A stretch of 62,956 bases of DNA, filler included, from Asterionella formosa (lineage: Eukaryota), in the NCBI GenBank assembly GCA_002256025.1. It is 16 parts of 16 records of this genome, joined end to end, with 100 filler letters (N's around TTAATTAATTAA, not from the genome) between each part and the next. Parts side by side here need not be neighbours in the genome. Positions count along the whole stretch, not along the records: positions 21,850 to 25,386 come from NKIB01014071.1; positions 25,487 to 29,022 come from NKIB01014072.1; positions 29,123 to 37,552 come from NKIB01014073.1; 13 more parts are not named here. One strand, given 5' to 3'. The stretch's first letter is position 1; each line of letters opens with the position of its first letter. The position numbers and the translations under genes are program-made. The notes beneath the pieces are model-generated. The model saw only the letters and a program-made list of their open reading frames with translations, was not told the DNA's origin and made no database searches. Of the stretch, positions 23,944-36,817 are shown piece by piece.

Positions 23944-24166
23944 TGCACTTTTGAATGCAACTGCATACTGGATGGAATTTATGGGCGCACGGTAGCCTAT
24001 GCATTTGATATGACTGCTATAAACAACAGAATAAGCCAATTCAGACTGACGACAGCCGTCAAACGAAACTAATTAGATTGCGGAAGCTAAAGAATGCGAA
24101 CAGAACCTTGGTAAAAATGTTGACTTTTACATCAGAAATTATCGATAAAGGAGACATGCTATTAAA

Positions 24167-25318
24167 TCAACGTTCCATCAGCAGCGCAGTCCTGGCCTGC
24201 TCCTCGAGTTCAAACTGCCGTTCAAGATACTTTAGGACAGCTTTAAAATCACCACTTGCTTTGCTGCCAACATTTCGTTTGCAAGTTTTCACGGTTCGGA
24301 CTATTTTTTGCAATTTAGCTGTGGTTAGCTTTATGGAAGTTGAACTGGGACCAGTTATTTCTGCCTTGGAATTCGAATCATTGTTATCCTTCATAGCCTT
24401 GATCATGTTCATGACAAGCTCTCGCTGCGAGAGCAGATTCCTCGGTGGCCCCCGAATGACACCATTCCGATCGGTACCATCCTCGCGTAGCCCTTCGTCA
24501 GCCCACGTGAATCCCTTCATCCAACGAGGCTCCGAATCTCTGGCAAATGCAAGCTCCAGTGCTGACATTTTGTTTCCATTATTATAGTTATACATATCCC
24601 CGACTCTCGTTAATAACATATCTAGAACAGGTGCGGTACAACCATTGAACACGGCCATGTGAAGTGGAAAATATTTATTTCCGTCCCCCATACGTAGGAC
24701 ATCTTTACCTCTATATTCATTGCGAAGCAATGCTTCAATTGTCTCAGTTGGAGCATGATTCTGCAGGGCAATGTGGATTGGTGTTTGACCCTTACTGTCG
24801 ATAGCACACAAGATGTTCTTAATGGAAGTAGGGAACACTTGCTGATAGCATGCCAGCATGTCCAATACTAAATTTGCAGGTGGCTTATATTGAAGCAAAT
24901 AATGCAGAGCAAATGTATCCTCGTCCGATGTTTGCCACAGGCCCTCCTTGTACGTGTTCATGATGAGTTGAATACAATCTTGTCGCTCTGGGAAACGCGA
25001 CAAGCTCAGCTTGTTTCCATTCGTAGCATCCACGAGGTTGCATGCAACATGAATTGGAAGATTGTGTACCTTATCGTCAAGTATCCCATGCCTTTGCTTC
25101 ACAAGGTCCACATCTGCCCAAACCATGGCTTGAACCACTCGGAATGGAGCATTGATATTCAATGCCTTGACCAAGACAGAGTACCCAAAGACCTCATCTA
25201 CTTCGTCGAGCCCTTGCGGGCTGCTGGTGATGGCCCTCAAGACGTCATCCCACTTTTTTTCTTCAAGGAGACTATGGAGACTTTGGGCATTCTTCTTCTT
25301 CATCATCATGTTTGTCAA
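24167..25318 (-). CDS. Ankyrin-repeat protein
   Basis: NLPIHVAC, GQTPIHIAL, YFPLHMAV and MSALELA ankyrin motifs. Confidence 0.8.
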   Translation of the reverse strand: MTNMMMKKKNAQSLHSLLEEKKWDDVLRAITSSPQGLDEVDEVFGYSVLVKALNINAPFRVVQAMVWADVDLVKQRHGILDDKVHNLPIHVACNLVDATNGNKLSLSRFPERQDCIQLIMNTYKEGLWQTSDEDTFALHYLLQYKPPANLVLDMLACYQQVFPTSIKNILCAIDSKGQTPIHIALQNHAPTETIEALLRNEYRGKDVLRMGDGNKYFPLHMAVFNGCTAPVLDMLLTRVGDMYNYNNGNKMSALELAFARDSEPRWMKGFTWADEGLREDGTDRNGVIRGPPRNLLSQRELVMNMIKAMKDNNDSNSKAEITGPSSTSIKLTTAKLQKIVRTVKTCKRNVGSKASGDFKAVLKYLERQFELEEQARTALLMER

Positions 25319-25486
25319 GGGGTGAGACTGTGGTCACTTTTGAAGAATCTGCCCGTGAAAGCTAAAAGTAGAATGTATTATCAATTNNNNNNNNNNNNNN
25401 NNNNNNNNNNNNNNNNNNNNNNNNNNNNNNTTAATTAATTAANNNNNNNNNNNNNNNNNNNNNNNNNNNNNNNNNNNNNNNNNNNN

Positions 25487-26829
25487 TCCCTTAACGGACG
25501 GATCATGTGTTCCACTGGCATCTCCCTTCTCTGGCCCCCCAATTATTGATGGTTCATCTTCATTCAAACTGTAGGGAAGCTTAGATCGCACCTTAACATC
25601 CTCCTCACGGTCTGAGCATTCATCATCGGTGACAGTGTTAACATTAAAACATTTTAGATCTATTGTGTTCCTTCGTTGATCCTATAATGGCCTCGTAGAT
25701 CTGATATCTGGTGCACCCTGGTGCAGTCTGTACAGTTGCCACATTTGTGCTTGGATCCAGCCAGATAGATCGCACATATTTATCATTACCCCAGTGGAGA
25801 GTTACCCTGTCCTCGTAGGTGGCGCACCATGCTCCCTTAAGGCCTTGCTTAAGGCACTTATTAGTCTCCTGACTCCAATGTTGAGGAGAAAACATTCTAA
25901 AGGGGGCCGCCGGGGCAAAATAAGTTCCTGGAATACGAAAAATGTGAATACACCCCAGGTTGTCCTCTATGCGCCACTTCACCGTGCCTTTGAGAAGCAC
26001 TGGGATGGGACCGCCCACACCATTTATATTTATTTAGGGCCAGGTCCATCAGCGAATCCACATCAAAATCCACCCGTCCATCGTGATACTGATCCTGCTG
26101 ACCAATCATGTAATCATGGAACACTTTATCCTCCACAGCCTCGTATGCTGTAAACAGATTTGTCAGTAGGTCAGAAGAAGTTTCCCCACGAGACATAAGT
26201 GCGTCACGTTGCACACGGACATGGAGGTTAAACTTCTCAATGTTGCAGTCCACCGATAACATGTTTTCATCCAACACGCTGAGGGTACGGCGAATGGTAG
26301 CCACCGTGGATCGTGTATCGACCGTGCATCTCGTAATGAGAAGTTTCAAGAATGCAGCACCACTTGCCACTATGTGTGTAGGGGCTGTAGGTGACGTAAG
26401 ACGATAGGCAGATGAGTCTGTAGAAACCTTGAGCAAGGCCTCCATTGAAAGTGAATCGTAAATGCACGTAAACAACTGCGCACAGTTCTGTGCGTCACAC
26501 GTCTGGGAATGAACATGTGTGGCTGCGTGAGCAACCACATTTGCCATGATGACCCTTACATATTCGGTGATTAGGTTTCGCCCAACGTTGTGGTCATCAG
26601 GGACCGTGAGGATGGAGGCACATCCAAATGCGTCGGCTCGTTGCTGCAAGGCTTGAAGGAAAAGGCGGAGGCCTCCAGTTTCACCATCGAAGGGATGATT
26701 GAGTTTTTCGGTTGCAGACTTGTACAATTTCATCCCTTCATTTGAGTTGTAATCAACGGGATCAGGATTTGCGAGAGCTGGGGTTAGAGCAAAGACGAAA
26801 GCCGCATGGGCGTTGGGAGCTTGAGCCAT
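25487..26829 (-). mobile_element. CoDi-type Copia gag-pol remnant with internal deletion
   Basis: gag FALTPA...DYNSNEGMKLYKSATEKL..FDG...LALNKYK is joined directly to GVGG..GTVKWRIEDN...RMFSPQHW (post-protease region). Confidence 0.8.
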
Positions 26830-27929
26830 GTTAGGTTCTAGACCACGAAGTCGAGAGGATCGACGAAGAATGATAGACGATAGTCTACAATACGACGGTT
26901 GTCGTGTTGCGCAGGGGAAGCGTGAGGGAAACCAGCAAATATTCAAACGAATAAATGCAGTTTGACAATAACCAAAGTAAGACGCAAATCAATAACAGAT
27001 TAGTCTAGTTTCAATTATATGTCTCATAATCATTGGGCATTGTCTGCAAAAGCGCGCTAGCCTGTCTAACATGCACCAAACAGCAGCAAGACGAGAAGAC
27101 CCTCATCATTCAGATATATCTGACTGTGGAATGAACACATCGCCCAAAAACCCTTATTATGCCAATAGAAGAATCGCTACACCGCAGCATGACTCGCCAT
27201 CAACCAACTGCCAAAAGAGACCCAACCACATCCGCTCGGACCCAATCCGGCAGCAAGTTACAAATCGAATCGTCAATACAAAAATGAAGGGGGGACCCGG
27301 AAACCCATCAGATACTTTAATACCACAGCCTCACCATCACACGTACGTCAAACATTTGAATACCCAATGGCACTGCACCCCTGGCACCAGGGAGCAAGGG
27401 CACATGAGAAATGCAGCATAATTCTCACAGTAGGCACACCACATGAGGCCATATGGCCAGGTATTTTAGAACTACCCTTGATTGCAAATGAGACCATTGA
27501 ACTTCCTACCATACATTATACCTGCAAAACTGTGGGATCGCTTTCTAGGAATATCACCAGTCAGTCTCACGTTATTCTCCAATATAATGAAGTGGGATCC
27601 CACTAAACGATGGACTGCTCAACAGGCAAGCTAGTGGATTTATTTTGATGAATTGCCCACGCCAACACCAGACAATGCCATGCCAAGATTCCAGGACAGA
27701 AAATAGACAAACAATTTGCTAATATTTAAAATGAAATATAAATGACTCGAATCAACACCAGCAGATACTTGGTATTTAACTACTGGCAGCTTTAAGAAAG
27801 AAAATTATTATTATGCATGTTCACAAATCATCAGAGCAAAAATGATTAATCACAATCGAGCTTAATTGCGGAACAGTAGCTACCACAGTTGCAAATCAGC
27901 GGTGGGCAAAAAATTATTGTTGCAATATT

Positions 27930-28920
27930 ACATGCTTCTGTTGGAACTGGCCCTGTAAAATTGTTCTTTCCAAAATTTAATGTGGCTGTCAAGAAAGTGA
28001 AATTTTAGAACAAATGGTCAAGAAATGTCAGTTTCAGATAAACTAAACTTACTCAATGATGACATGAGACCAATTTCTGTGGGAATTGCACCAGTAAACA
28101 TATTGGAATGAATCTGAAAATTATTGAGACTTGTCAAATTGCCAATTTCCGTTGGAAGTGCACCAGTCAACTGATTATTAAATAGATGCAATAATGTAAG
28201 ACTTGTCAAGAATCCAATTTCTGAAGGAAGTGTTCCATTGAAATGGTTTGTGCTTGCAGCAAATAATGCCATATTTTCCAAATTGCCAATTTCTGTCGGA
28301 AGTGCACCAGTCAACTGGTTTTCCCAAAGAACTAATACTGTTAGACCTCTCAGGTATCCAATCTCTGTAGGAAGTGTACCAAAGAGACTGTTGGAATTTG
28401 TTTTAAAATCAATGAGATTTGTCAAATAGCCAATTTCTGGTGGAAGCGGACCAGTCAACTGGTTTTCCTGTACATACAATGATGTTAGACCTCTCAGGTA
28501 TCCAATCTCTGTAGGAAGTGTACCAAAGAGACTGTTGGAATTTGCTTTAAAATCAATGAGATTTGTCAAATATCCAATTTCTGAAGGAAGTGAACCGGTG
28601 AAGTCATTATAGTTCATATACAATGCTGATAGTTTTGTCAACAATCCAATCTCTGTCGGAAGTGGTCCCTGTAATATATTATTTTGTATAAACAATTTAA
28701 CAACAAGGTTAGCCCATTGGCCAATTTCTGGTGGAAGTGTTCCTGTCAACTTGTTTCTATACAATGACAATGTTGTGATGTTGGTCAACTGTCCAAGCTC
28801 CATTGGAATTGGTCCAGTAAGCTGATTATCGCTTACATTCAAATATGCAACACTTGTCAATAGACCCAGTTCACTTGGTAGTGATCCATCTATGTCATTT
28901 GATGAAAAATCAATAGATTC
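27930..28920 (-). CDS. LRR protein fragment (plant-specific 24-aa LRR type), possibly pseudogenised
   Basis: About 12 repeats of LxxLxLxxNxLTGxLPxEIG. Stop at 28018 but one more LRR follows (NFGKNNFTGPVPTE). No clear start. Confidence 0.8.
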
Positions 28921-29122
28921 TTTGTCGTAAAATGATATGACTCATTTCATTAGTGAAGCAATCTTCAATGATTTGTTTTTATCTCTTGCCAGTTATGTTA
29001 ACTTACCTAAACTTGACAAACGNNNNNNNNNNNNNNNNNNNNNNNNNNNNNNNNNNNNNNNNNNNNTTAATTAATTAANNNNNNNNNNNNNNNNNNNNNN
29101 NNNNNNNNNNNNNNNNNNNNNN

Positions 29123-31265
29123 CAGCCCCACCATATTCCAAAACCCCCCCCCCCCCCCTAGCATCACTTTCACTCCTAGTTAGGTCCCAATATATTGCAT
29201 CATGCCTTGCTCATTCAAGAAGTCAGAGCACGAGGACATAAGATCATGTCAAAGACTAGTGTTGCACTCTATTAGGCCAAATGCATCTTTTTGAACAGTA
29301 AGTGGTGTGTGGCTATTCAACGTTGTTCCATCAATTAGTCCCCTTTCCCAGAGCACTTGAACTAGTGATCCCTTCGATTTTCCTTCCCAACCCTCCTTGA
29401 TCCTTGAAATTTGTCTTGATGTTGTCACTTGATATTGTGGACAGAGGAGCATCAGATCGCTTTTATTCTTCCCTTTATTATTGGCTCCCTTAGCAGCAAG
29501 ATTGAATATTAATTGGGCACAACTTCTTTGAATTTCCATGGGTACTCCAGCCAATGATGGTGGTATCATGTTGACTTGCTTCTTGTTCAGTAGGAGTCAT
29601 CCAACATGGGCCCACATGCATCATCAGGTTGGAATGTTAGGTGCTGTGTTTGACCAGGCTGTATTTTTCTTTGAAAGGGGCCAAGGAATCCTGCTTCTTG
29701 CTCAATGATTGTAGATCACATGGGCAACCCTTTTCCACCAAAGGTTATTTCATCCTGATTTATCTCAATCCATCAGGTCTATGTTTGCTGTGTCCACTTG
29801 AATGGTCAAATAAATAAATAAACTTATAGTGTGAATGTATCACTTTTAGTACATCAATGGTGTCTTTGAATTGACAAACCATGTGATTGTAATTACAGTA
29901 GCCATCCCAATTTTCTCCATAATCAAAGTAGACTAAGCAAGAATGGAGAAATTTTTTTGTCAATGGCTTCTTCTTTTTGGCCCCATGTACATCAATTGCA
30001 GCTTACTCATCTGCATAACTTGCTCCAATTCTATTGGCATTGACCATTGTAAGAATATTGTCATCGATTTCTCTTATCAAGCCATGCTCTTGAGCGATAA
30101 ATGAAATGATCATTACTCCAGCACCCTCATCTTTTGGTAGTAGGGGTCTCTCGCCACTTGGACCTGTCCACATCTTGGAATTCAACAAGAATTGTTTGAA
30201 TATTGCTTCAGCCTTGGAGCATTAACCTCTTGCTTGAAGTATTCAGCAATGAAAATTCGACGGTAGGCTAAGGTGTCTGCCTTCTCATGACCATCGACAA
30301 AGTAATGTTTCCTTTGAGTCTCATACTTGAATCCAACTGCATGCATTCACCTTGCAATTGTATAAATTGAGATCTTTTGCAACCAATGTTGGTACCAGAT
30401 GTTCATGAACATCTTCATACATTTTTTCCACAGAAAAGCCATTTAAATTGGCGATCCCAAATTTCTTGAATGTATTCATGGCATCAGGATTTGATTGGAA
30501 GAATGGAGGGATCTTATCCTTTTTGATTGGCGACTTACAGAAAGCATCTTGTAAATTGTATGCCAGTTGCTGATGCCACCTTCCAAGAGTCCTCACATTA
30601 GAGTAGGTTTCTATTCTAAGATCATTCATAACTCCAATTGAATATTTGAGGCACCGCTGCCAGGTCCATCTGGTTTCCCCAACTTCCTTTTGAACAAACT
30701 GCTTCAAAGCACAGGCCAAATACAAACTCCTCTGGCTCAGCATGAAGATTTCAAATTCGGAGCAATGCTTATCAGCATCTCTCCCTTTAACCAAAAATTT
30801 CCAATGGTTTGGATATCTATTAATTGCTTCGAACAGCTCAATTTGGTAAATAACAACTTCTTTGACATTGGCTTCATCTCCATACTCAACTTTGGGAGCA
30901 AATAGTGTCCTGGCCTCACCTGACTTCCAATAATCTACTATGCTCAGACAAGCCTGCTCTTGCTCTATAGTATCCGAAATTGTTGATGATGATTGAGGTT
31001 GATTTAAGGCTTCAATGGAGGTAGTATCAGCTTCATTTGAGTTCATCAATTTGGCTCGTTTGTTGAGCGATCCAACTTCAATATTATCCATCACCTCTCC
31101 AGTTCGAATTTGCCTTGAACCCCCTAATAGTCGCTTTGTGATCATCTGTGTCGGTAGCCTTAACACATGTACATAGAAAAGCCACCGCAGTCTGAATATC
31201 CGGGCGGGCACACTTACAAAAGAACAACAGTTTGGCCACGTTGTGATGAAACATTGCAGATTCAT
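29123..31265 (-). mobile_element. Degenerate IS630/Tc1-like DDE transposase (large D-to-E insertion type)
   Basis: FVDGHE, EAIFKQF, LLPKDEGAGVMI, YGENWDGY, LFDHSSGH and GWEGKSKGSLVQVLWERG; many frameshifts. Confidence 0.8.
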
Positions 31266-31730
31266 CTAAGACGCTGTTTACGGCACTTTTTCGAATTTAT
31301 GTCTAAAGTGACGTATTTATGCTACTTTTCTAAAATTTTATGTTATTTTTTCCGTCATTTATTCGGGGTGAACAAAACTTTATATCACTTATCGAATAAT
31401 TATGTGATCACACCAATAATTATGTGTGTACGTGACAATATATGTTGTCCAACTAGCCATCGCAATTGTATAAAAGCGAAATTATGCTGCTCCGCCGCAA
31501 TATTATGCTGCTTTCACCATATAATGAACAAAAGAGTCGCCAATTCCGATTCACTTATTATTTTTTCCGCTCCAACATATTTCTTTGATCTGAACTGGCA
31601 AAGAATAACACATGCAAGAGGAAGATTCACAAAGTAGAATTCAGCACAGGTAGTAGTAGTTGCTGTTCTTGTAGACACAATTGTTTAGTCATTGTTGATT
31701 GTAGAGTTTACAATAGCCTGCCAGAATAGC

Positions 31731-32763
31731 AAATAGTCTACAGCGATAACTCTAGCAAGTGCAATAAAGACAAAGAAGCAAAGGATGAGTAGCTGACAAC
31801 AATTGAAATCGTAAATTCGTTAAGAAACAGCTATTGCATATTTTAATAATTCAATGCATGTTGCTGTAGTGAGTCAAAATTGAGATGTGCCGCAATGGCC
31901 TTCTCCGTTTCGGAGCAGCTACAAATAGTAGTCTACAGCGATAACTCTGGCAATTACAATATAGAAAAAGAAGGAAAGGTATATAATTCGTAAATTCGTT
32001 TAGAAACAGCTGTTGCATATTTTAACATTCAATGCATGTTGCCGTAGTGAGTCAAAATTGAGATTTGCCGCAATGGCCTTCTCCGTTTCGGAGCAGCTAC
32101 AAATGGTCTACAGCGATAACTCTAAGAAGTACAATATAGAAAAAAAAGCAAAGGATGAGTAGCTGTCAACGATTGAATTCGTAAATTCGTTTAGAAACAG
32201 CTGTTGCATATTTTAACATTCAATGCATGTTGCCGTAGTGAGTCAAAATTGAGATTTGCTGCAATGGCTTTCTCCGTTTCGGAGCAGCTACAAATAGTCT
32301 ACAGCGATAACTCTAGGAAGTACAATATAGAAAAAGAAGCAAAGGATGAGTAGCTGTCAACGATTGAATTCGTAAATTCGTTTAGAAACAGCTGTTGCAT
32401 ATTTTAACATTCAATGCATGTTGCCGTAGTGAGTCAAAATTGAGATGTGCTGCAATGGCCGTCTTCTCCTTGGAGCAGCTACAAAAAATCTACAGCAAAC
32501 ATCTTAGCAAACACAATATAGAACAAGAAGGAAAGGATGAATAGCTGAGAACAATTAAATTCTTAAATTCGTTAAGAAACAAGCTGTTGCATATTTTAAT
32601 ATTCAGTGCATCATGTCGCCGTAGTGCTTCGAAATTGAGATTTGCCGCAATGGCCTTCTCCTTTCCGAAGCAGCTACGAATAGTCTCAAGCTGTAACTTT
32701 AGTAAGCACAATATAGAAAAACAAGCAATTTATGAGTAGCTGTCAACGATTGAATTAGTAAAT
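31731..32763. repeat. Tandem array of ~5.5 copies of a ~191-bp unit with internal hairpins
   Basis: Unit starts (AAATAGTCTACAGCGATAACTCT-like) at ~31731, 31923, 32101, 32292, 32483 and 32678; periods 192/178/191/191/195. Inner copies are nearly identical, outer copies more diverged. Confidence 0.97.
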
Positions 32764-32900
32764 CAGTAATATTAGTAATAATTTTGGTTCCTAGTTCATT
32801 TGCCCTTTGACAATGGTCAATTCGTCAAAATTGAAATTCATTTTCACTAAACTGGAGTGAATTTCAATTGTCTTGCAACATCTTTCATTGACCGTTTGAA

Positions 32901-34362
32901 CTACTCATATTCACTCCTAGTTTCATTTGCCACCTTGATTCTTTCATCTGTCGTCTCCACTGATTCTTCGTCTAATTTGCATTTCTTGAACCTGTAAAAG
33001 TCACTGTACACCTTTGCGTAGATCTTCTTCTTTGCCATTTTGTATTTCCTCTCGCCCTTTGCTGCAACCTCCTCGAAATTCTTAATGTAGCTCTCATCAT
33101 TCATCATCCCTTTCGTTGATTTCATCTCCAAAAAGTTCTAGGTTTGCAATGTTCTGATCAATACAAGCCATATAGATTTCACTCTTTTTCTTCATCCAAA
33201 GCTCCACATACATCTTTTTCTTCATCTCTTGGAAGTACCAATCTGTGACACACTTGACATGGTCTGGGGGAAAGTGAATAATCACGTTCAAACTCTTTGC
33301 ACTCTTAGTACTACCAGTTGTTATCGTTGAAGTTCTTCCTGAGCGAAATAACTTGTGGAGTCAATCCACTGATGGAAGATGCCGGAGTTGTATTAAGTAC
33401 TGGAAGAGAAATGGCCACTAGATCATTACGAACTCTAATGGCAGGCACGCTGTTGTTCCCTGGCGCAACTTCAATGAAAATGTCCATCAGTTAGTCAATA
33501 TTTTCCATGAACATCAGTTCAACAATTCCACTTTGTTCAATTCTCCGAAGTGACTAAGCTTGTGGAACTCCAGCCAAAACAAGAAGATTGGACTTAAAGC
33601 TGATCTCCAAATGTCTGCTCATGGCAGTTGTCCTTTGATGATCAACTATGTCATACAGACTGTTGAACCTAGCATATCCCTTTGCGTCCTAGCCCCCATA
33701 TCTCTTTCCCTGTCCTCCAGTACCGGTATAAACGTATTTTGGTGCAGGAGTATCATCTTCATGACCTTTCATTATTGCCTTGTGCAACCAGACATCCCAA
33801 CAATTCTCCAAGACCAACAATGAAAAAACCTCGTCAGAAACACTTACAATGTCACTGACATGCTTCTTGGCACACTGTCGTTTCCAAAACAGCTTGTTCT
33901 TTCGCCTAACCCTGGAATAAAACTTCTCAACTAGAAGGAAGAAATGATTTTTTTGGCTCTTTCTCCATCAGCTGTCTCTTGAATAGAAACAGAACGGCTG
34001 TTGGAGATGGTACGCTTATTCAGATGAATGTGCATACCATCACGAAAAAGTATTGAAGTTTTGTAGTAGATTGGAACGGAATGATTTGTTAGTAGTAAAC
34101 AATGAGCATGTTTAACAAGTCAAGAAGAAATCAGGCATACCAAGACTGTTTTTTACCTACTCCTAGCAAAGGCATGTTTGAGAGTGGTAACAATGGCATT
34201 TCTTTTTTCAGACATCACTTTATTAATATCATTCTTATATGTCTGCCAAATTGACTCGAAGTACTTATCAGTTCCCATGTAATAGGCTTGGAAAGTGAGC
34301 ACTAAATGAGAGTGCCAGACTAGTTGGTCCCCTTTCTGAAACATTTTGTATGTTATCCACAA
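32901..34362 (-). pseudogene. Degenerate accessory ORF of Plavaka-like element (ORF-A)
   Basis: FESIWQTYKNDINKVMSEKRNAIVTTLKHAF, probable intron near 34050-34160, then VSDIVSVSDEVF. This SDEAF-like motif recalls ORFs found beside such transposases. Frames broken. Confidence 0.5.
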
Positions 34363-36739
34363 AGAAAGCTTACAAACTGCGTAAAACGAATATATGACGA
34401 AGTTACCTCTGCTACTTGGTTTGAAAATGCATTCAACAATTCAAAAGCTACGGAAAACGGAGTTTTAAAGCCTGGGTATTTGTTTGTGGCATTGACTGTC
34501 TTTAGTGACGGTTCACCTATTGATAAACAAATGAAGCACTCAGAACATCCATTCTTACTAACAATCTTAAACTTGACGTTGGAAGGAAGGAAGAAAGTTT
34601 ACGCGTGGCAACTCGTGTCATTATTACCAGATATCGAAGTTATTGACTTGGAGAAACAAATGGACACTAAGAAGTCAGGTAATGACATCTCTCTTTCTCG
34701 ACTGAAGTTATATCATGCTGTTACTGGATTTTTATTAGAACCTTTTCAAGATCCAAACAAATTCTATGATATTTGGGTGCATGGTCTGGGGTATACAAAA
34801 GTTTATTTCCAAATTGGAATGATAGTTGGAGATACGGAGGAACATAATAACATTTGCGGTTTCCGTGGAGGTAATGGATTATATCAACAACATGTTTGCC
34901 GAGATTGCACCGTACGTACAGAAGACGCTGACAGTCCGGATATAGAATGTGAAGTGCGAGAAGTTGGCGATGCATATAAATTTCTGAAGCAATATTTGGA
35001 TAAAGAAACTTATCCAGATGGAAAATTACCATCTATACCAACATGTTTTGGTGTGACTCAGACTAATAGTAAGTTCAAAAACACGAAATGAGTGGTGCAA
35101 CGTCATATCCCATAATCCAATCATCCCGGCATTGATGACACATTACTTTGGCGGTGATCCAGAAGGAGTATTTGGTGTAACACCGTTCGAGGTGCTCCAT
35201 CAACTGTTACTTGGCCTATTGAAGTACATTTTGGAATCATTATATAATTATCGACCTATTCCTAAAGATTGGGACTCCTTTTTTAAGAAAAGGAGTTGTC
35301 CAGAAGTACCAAACACCTACTCTGAGGCAAACGAGACGGGTTTACCTCCAGTAGACCTGACTGATCCTGACCAAGAACCAAGTTCGACAAAACGGGCCAG
35401 AAAAACGAATGTCACCATAACAAGTACTGACATACGAACCAATTTTCAAAAGTACCTTCACTGGCAGAAGTTACGACCACCTACATGTTCTAGTACAAGA
35501 AATGTGTTTGCAAAACTTCAATTTGAAGAAAAAATAATAAATAGGTTCATGAATGTCACAAAGACACTGGTTGGTTCTCAGTGGGAGATGGCATCTCAAA
35601 TTGGATTAAAAATGGCAAAGTTCCATGGCATGAAACATTATCCTCATTTGATTCAAAAATTTGGTTCACATCTTAATTTTTTCGGTGGCTATTTGGAATC
35701 TTTTTTGAAAGATAAATTGAAACGTCCCAGTAAACGCGTAAACGGACAACTTCATCGTCTCAAGCATGATATTTTGATACGATCCTACGAAACAAGACAA
35801 TTTTCCCTCGCACGCAAAATTGCATTTGATAACTATTCCGAACAGGATTTATTGAATGATGACTTAGAAATTAACTCTTTGGATGCAAAAATGAAAGGCC
35901 TTTCTTCCTCTTCTAACAAGGAAGCAAGAACTACCAAAAATTTACCATCACTTCCTGCCAGAGATCAATTTTCTGCACTAGCCATAAATGGTCAATCGAC
36001 TATTTCTGGTGTTCCTTTAACAAATTTACAACAACCTTTGTCATCACGTGGAATGTAGAGAACACCATTCTCACACTTATTTCATCCAGATTTACGACAC
36101 GGTGCTATCCATGTTAAAAACATTACCAATTCAGCGGTGGAAAGAGCAAAAAGTGTAATTGATAATGAAGGGGAATCCGTGACTGTAACTAGGATTGATT
36201 TTTACCACAATGTCAAAATTCACGCCAATGCTCCAGGACAAAGAAGCACTATTTTGAGATGTCATCCGAATTGAAATAATGATTCAAAAGCTGGGATCTC
36301 TGGTCGGGAATGGTTTGATTGGATTGAAGTGAACTGGGAGAAGGGGGATGGGTCAAAGTCATATACTGTTCCTGGAAAATTACATTTCTTTGGGGAAATG
36401 TAATTTTCTCGAACAATACCACCATTCTTTTAGCCTCTATACGTTCCTTGAAAAGTTCCTCCGAAATGAAAGCTCGCTCATAAACGTATGTTTTTTGCAA
36501 AAGGCGACACTATATGCAACGATACAACTGAACTGAGTGTGGTTGAGTTTAACAACATTCTGTCCACTGCGTTTGTTGTGCCTGCCTTAAAACCGCAAGA
36601 AGGTTCTATTTAATCTAGGAAACCAGTGAAGCCCAAGGAGGTATTGGAGCAATTAGAAAAAGATAATTACTATGTTTCCCTACCTGCACGGCATTTATGG
36701 AAATCAATCGGGTGGGAACAAAAAATGTCTAGTGAATGA
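34324..36739 (+). mobile_element. Plavaka (CMC/EnSpm-related) transposase pseudogene
   Basis: YDEVTSATWF, VFSDGS, HPFLLTILN, AWQLVSLLPD, IVGDTEEHNNICG, CRDC, TPFEVLHQLLLG, KFHGMKH..FGS..NF..ESFLK and FRCHP..WFDWIEV. N-terminus missing; stops and frameshifts. Confidence 0.8.
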
Positions 36740-36817
36740 TGATAGCTAGATGTAAATATAAATTAGCTAGCTGTTAATATAAATTATATCTGTGATTATT
36801 ATTTATATTAACAGTTA

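Noticed and set aside
24078..24587. Short antisense ORFs in the track (also 13438-13968, 46931-47344, 47798-48307, 32490-32711)
   Set aside because: Shadows of real genes or repeats on the opposite strand; no motifs.
31785..31840. Hammerhead ribozyme (retrozyme) in the 191-bp unit
   Set aside because: GAAAC-AGCT-GTT in the inner copies resembles a minimal stem III, but the core reads CTGACAA/CTGTCAA rather than CTGANGA and stem I cannot form.
31731..32763. CRISPR array
   Set aside because: Units are homologous along their whole length with no unique spacers; no cas genes; eukaryotic context.
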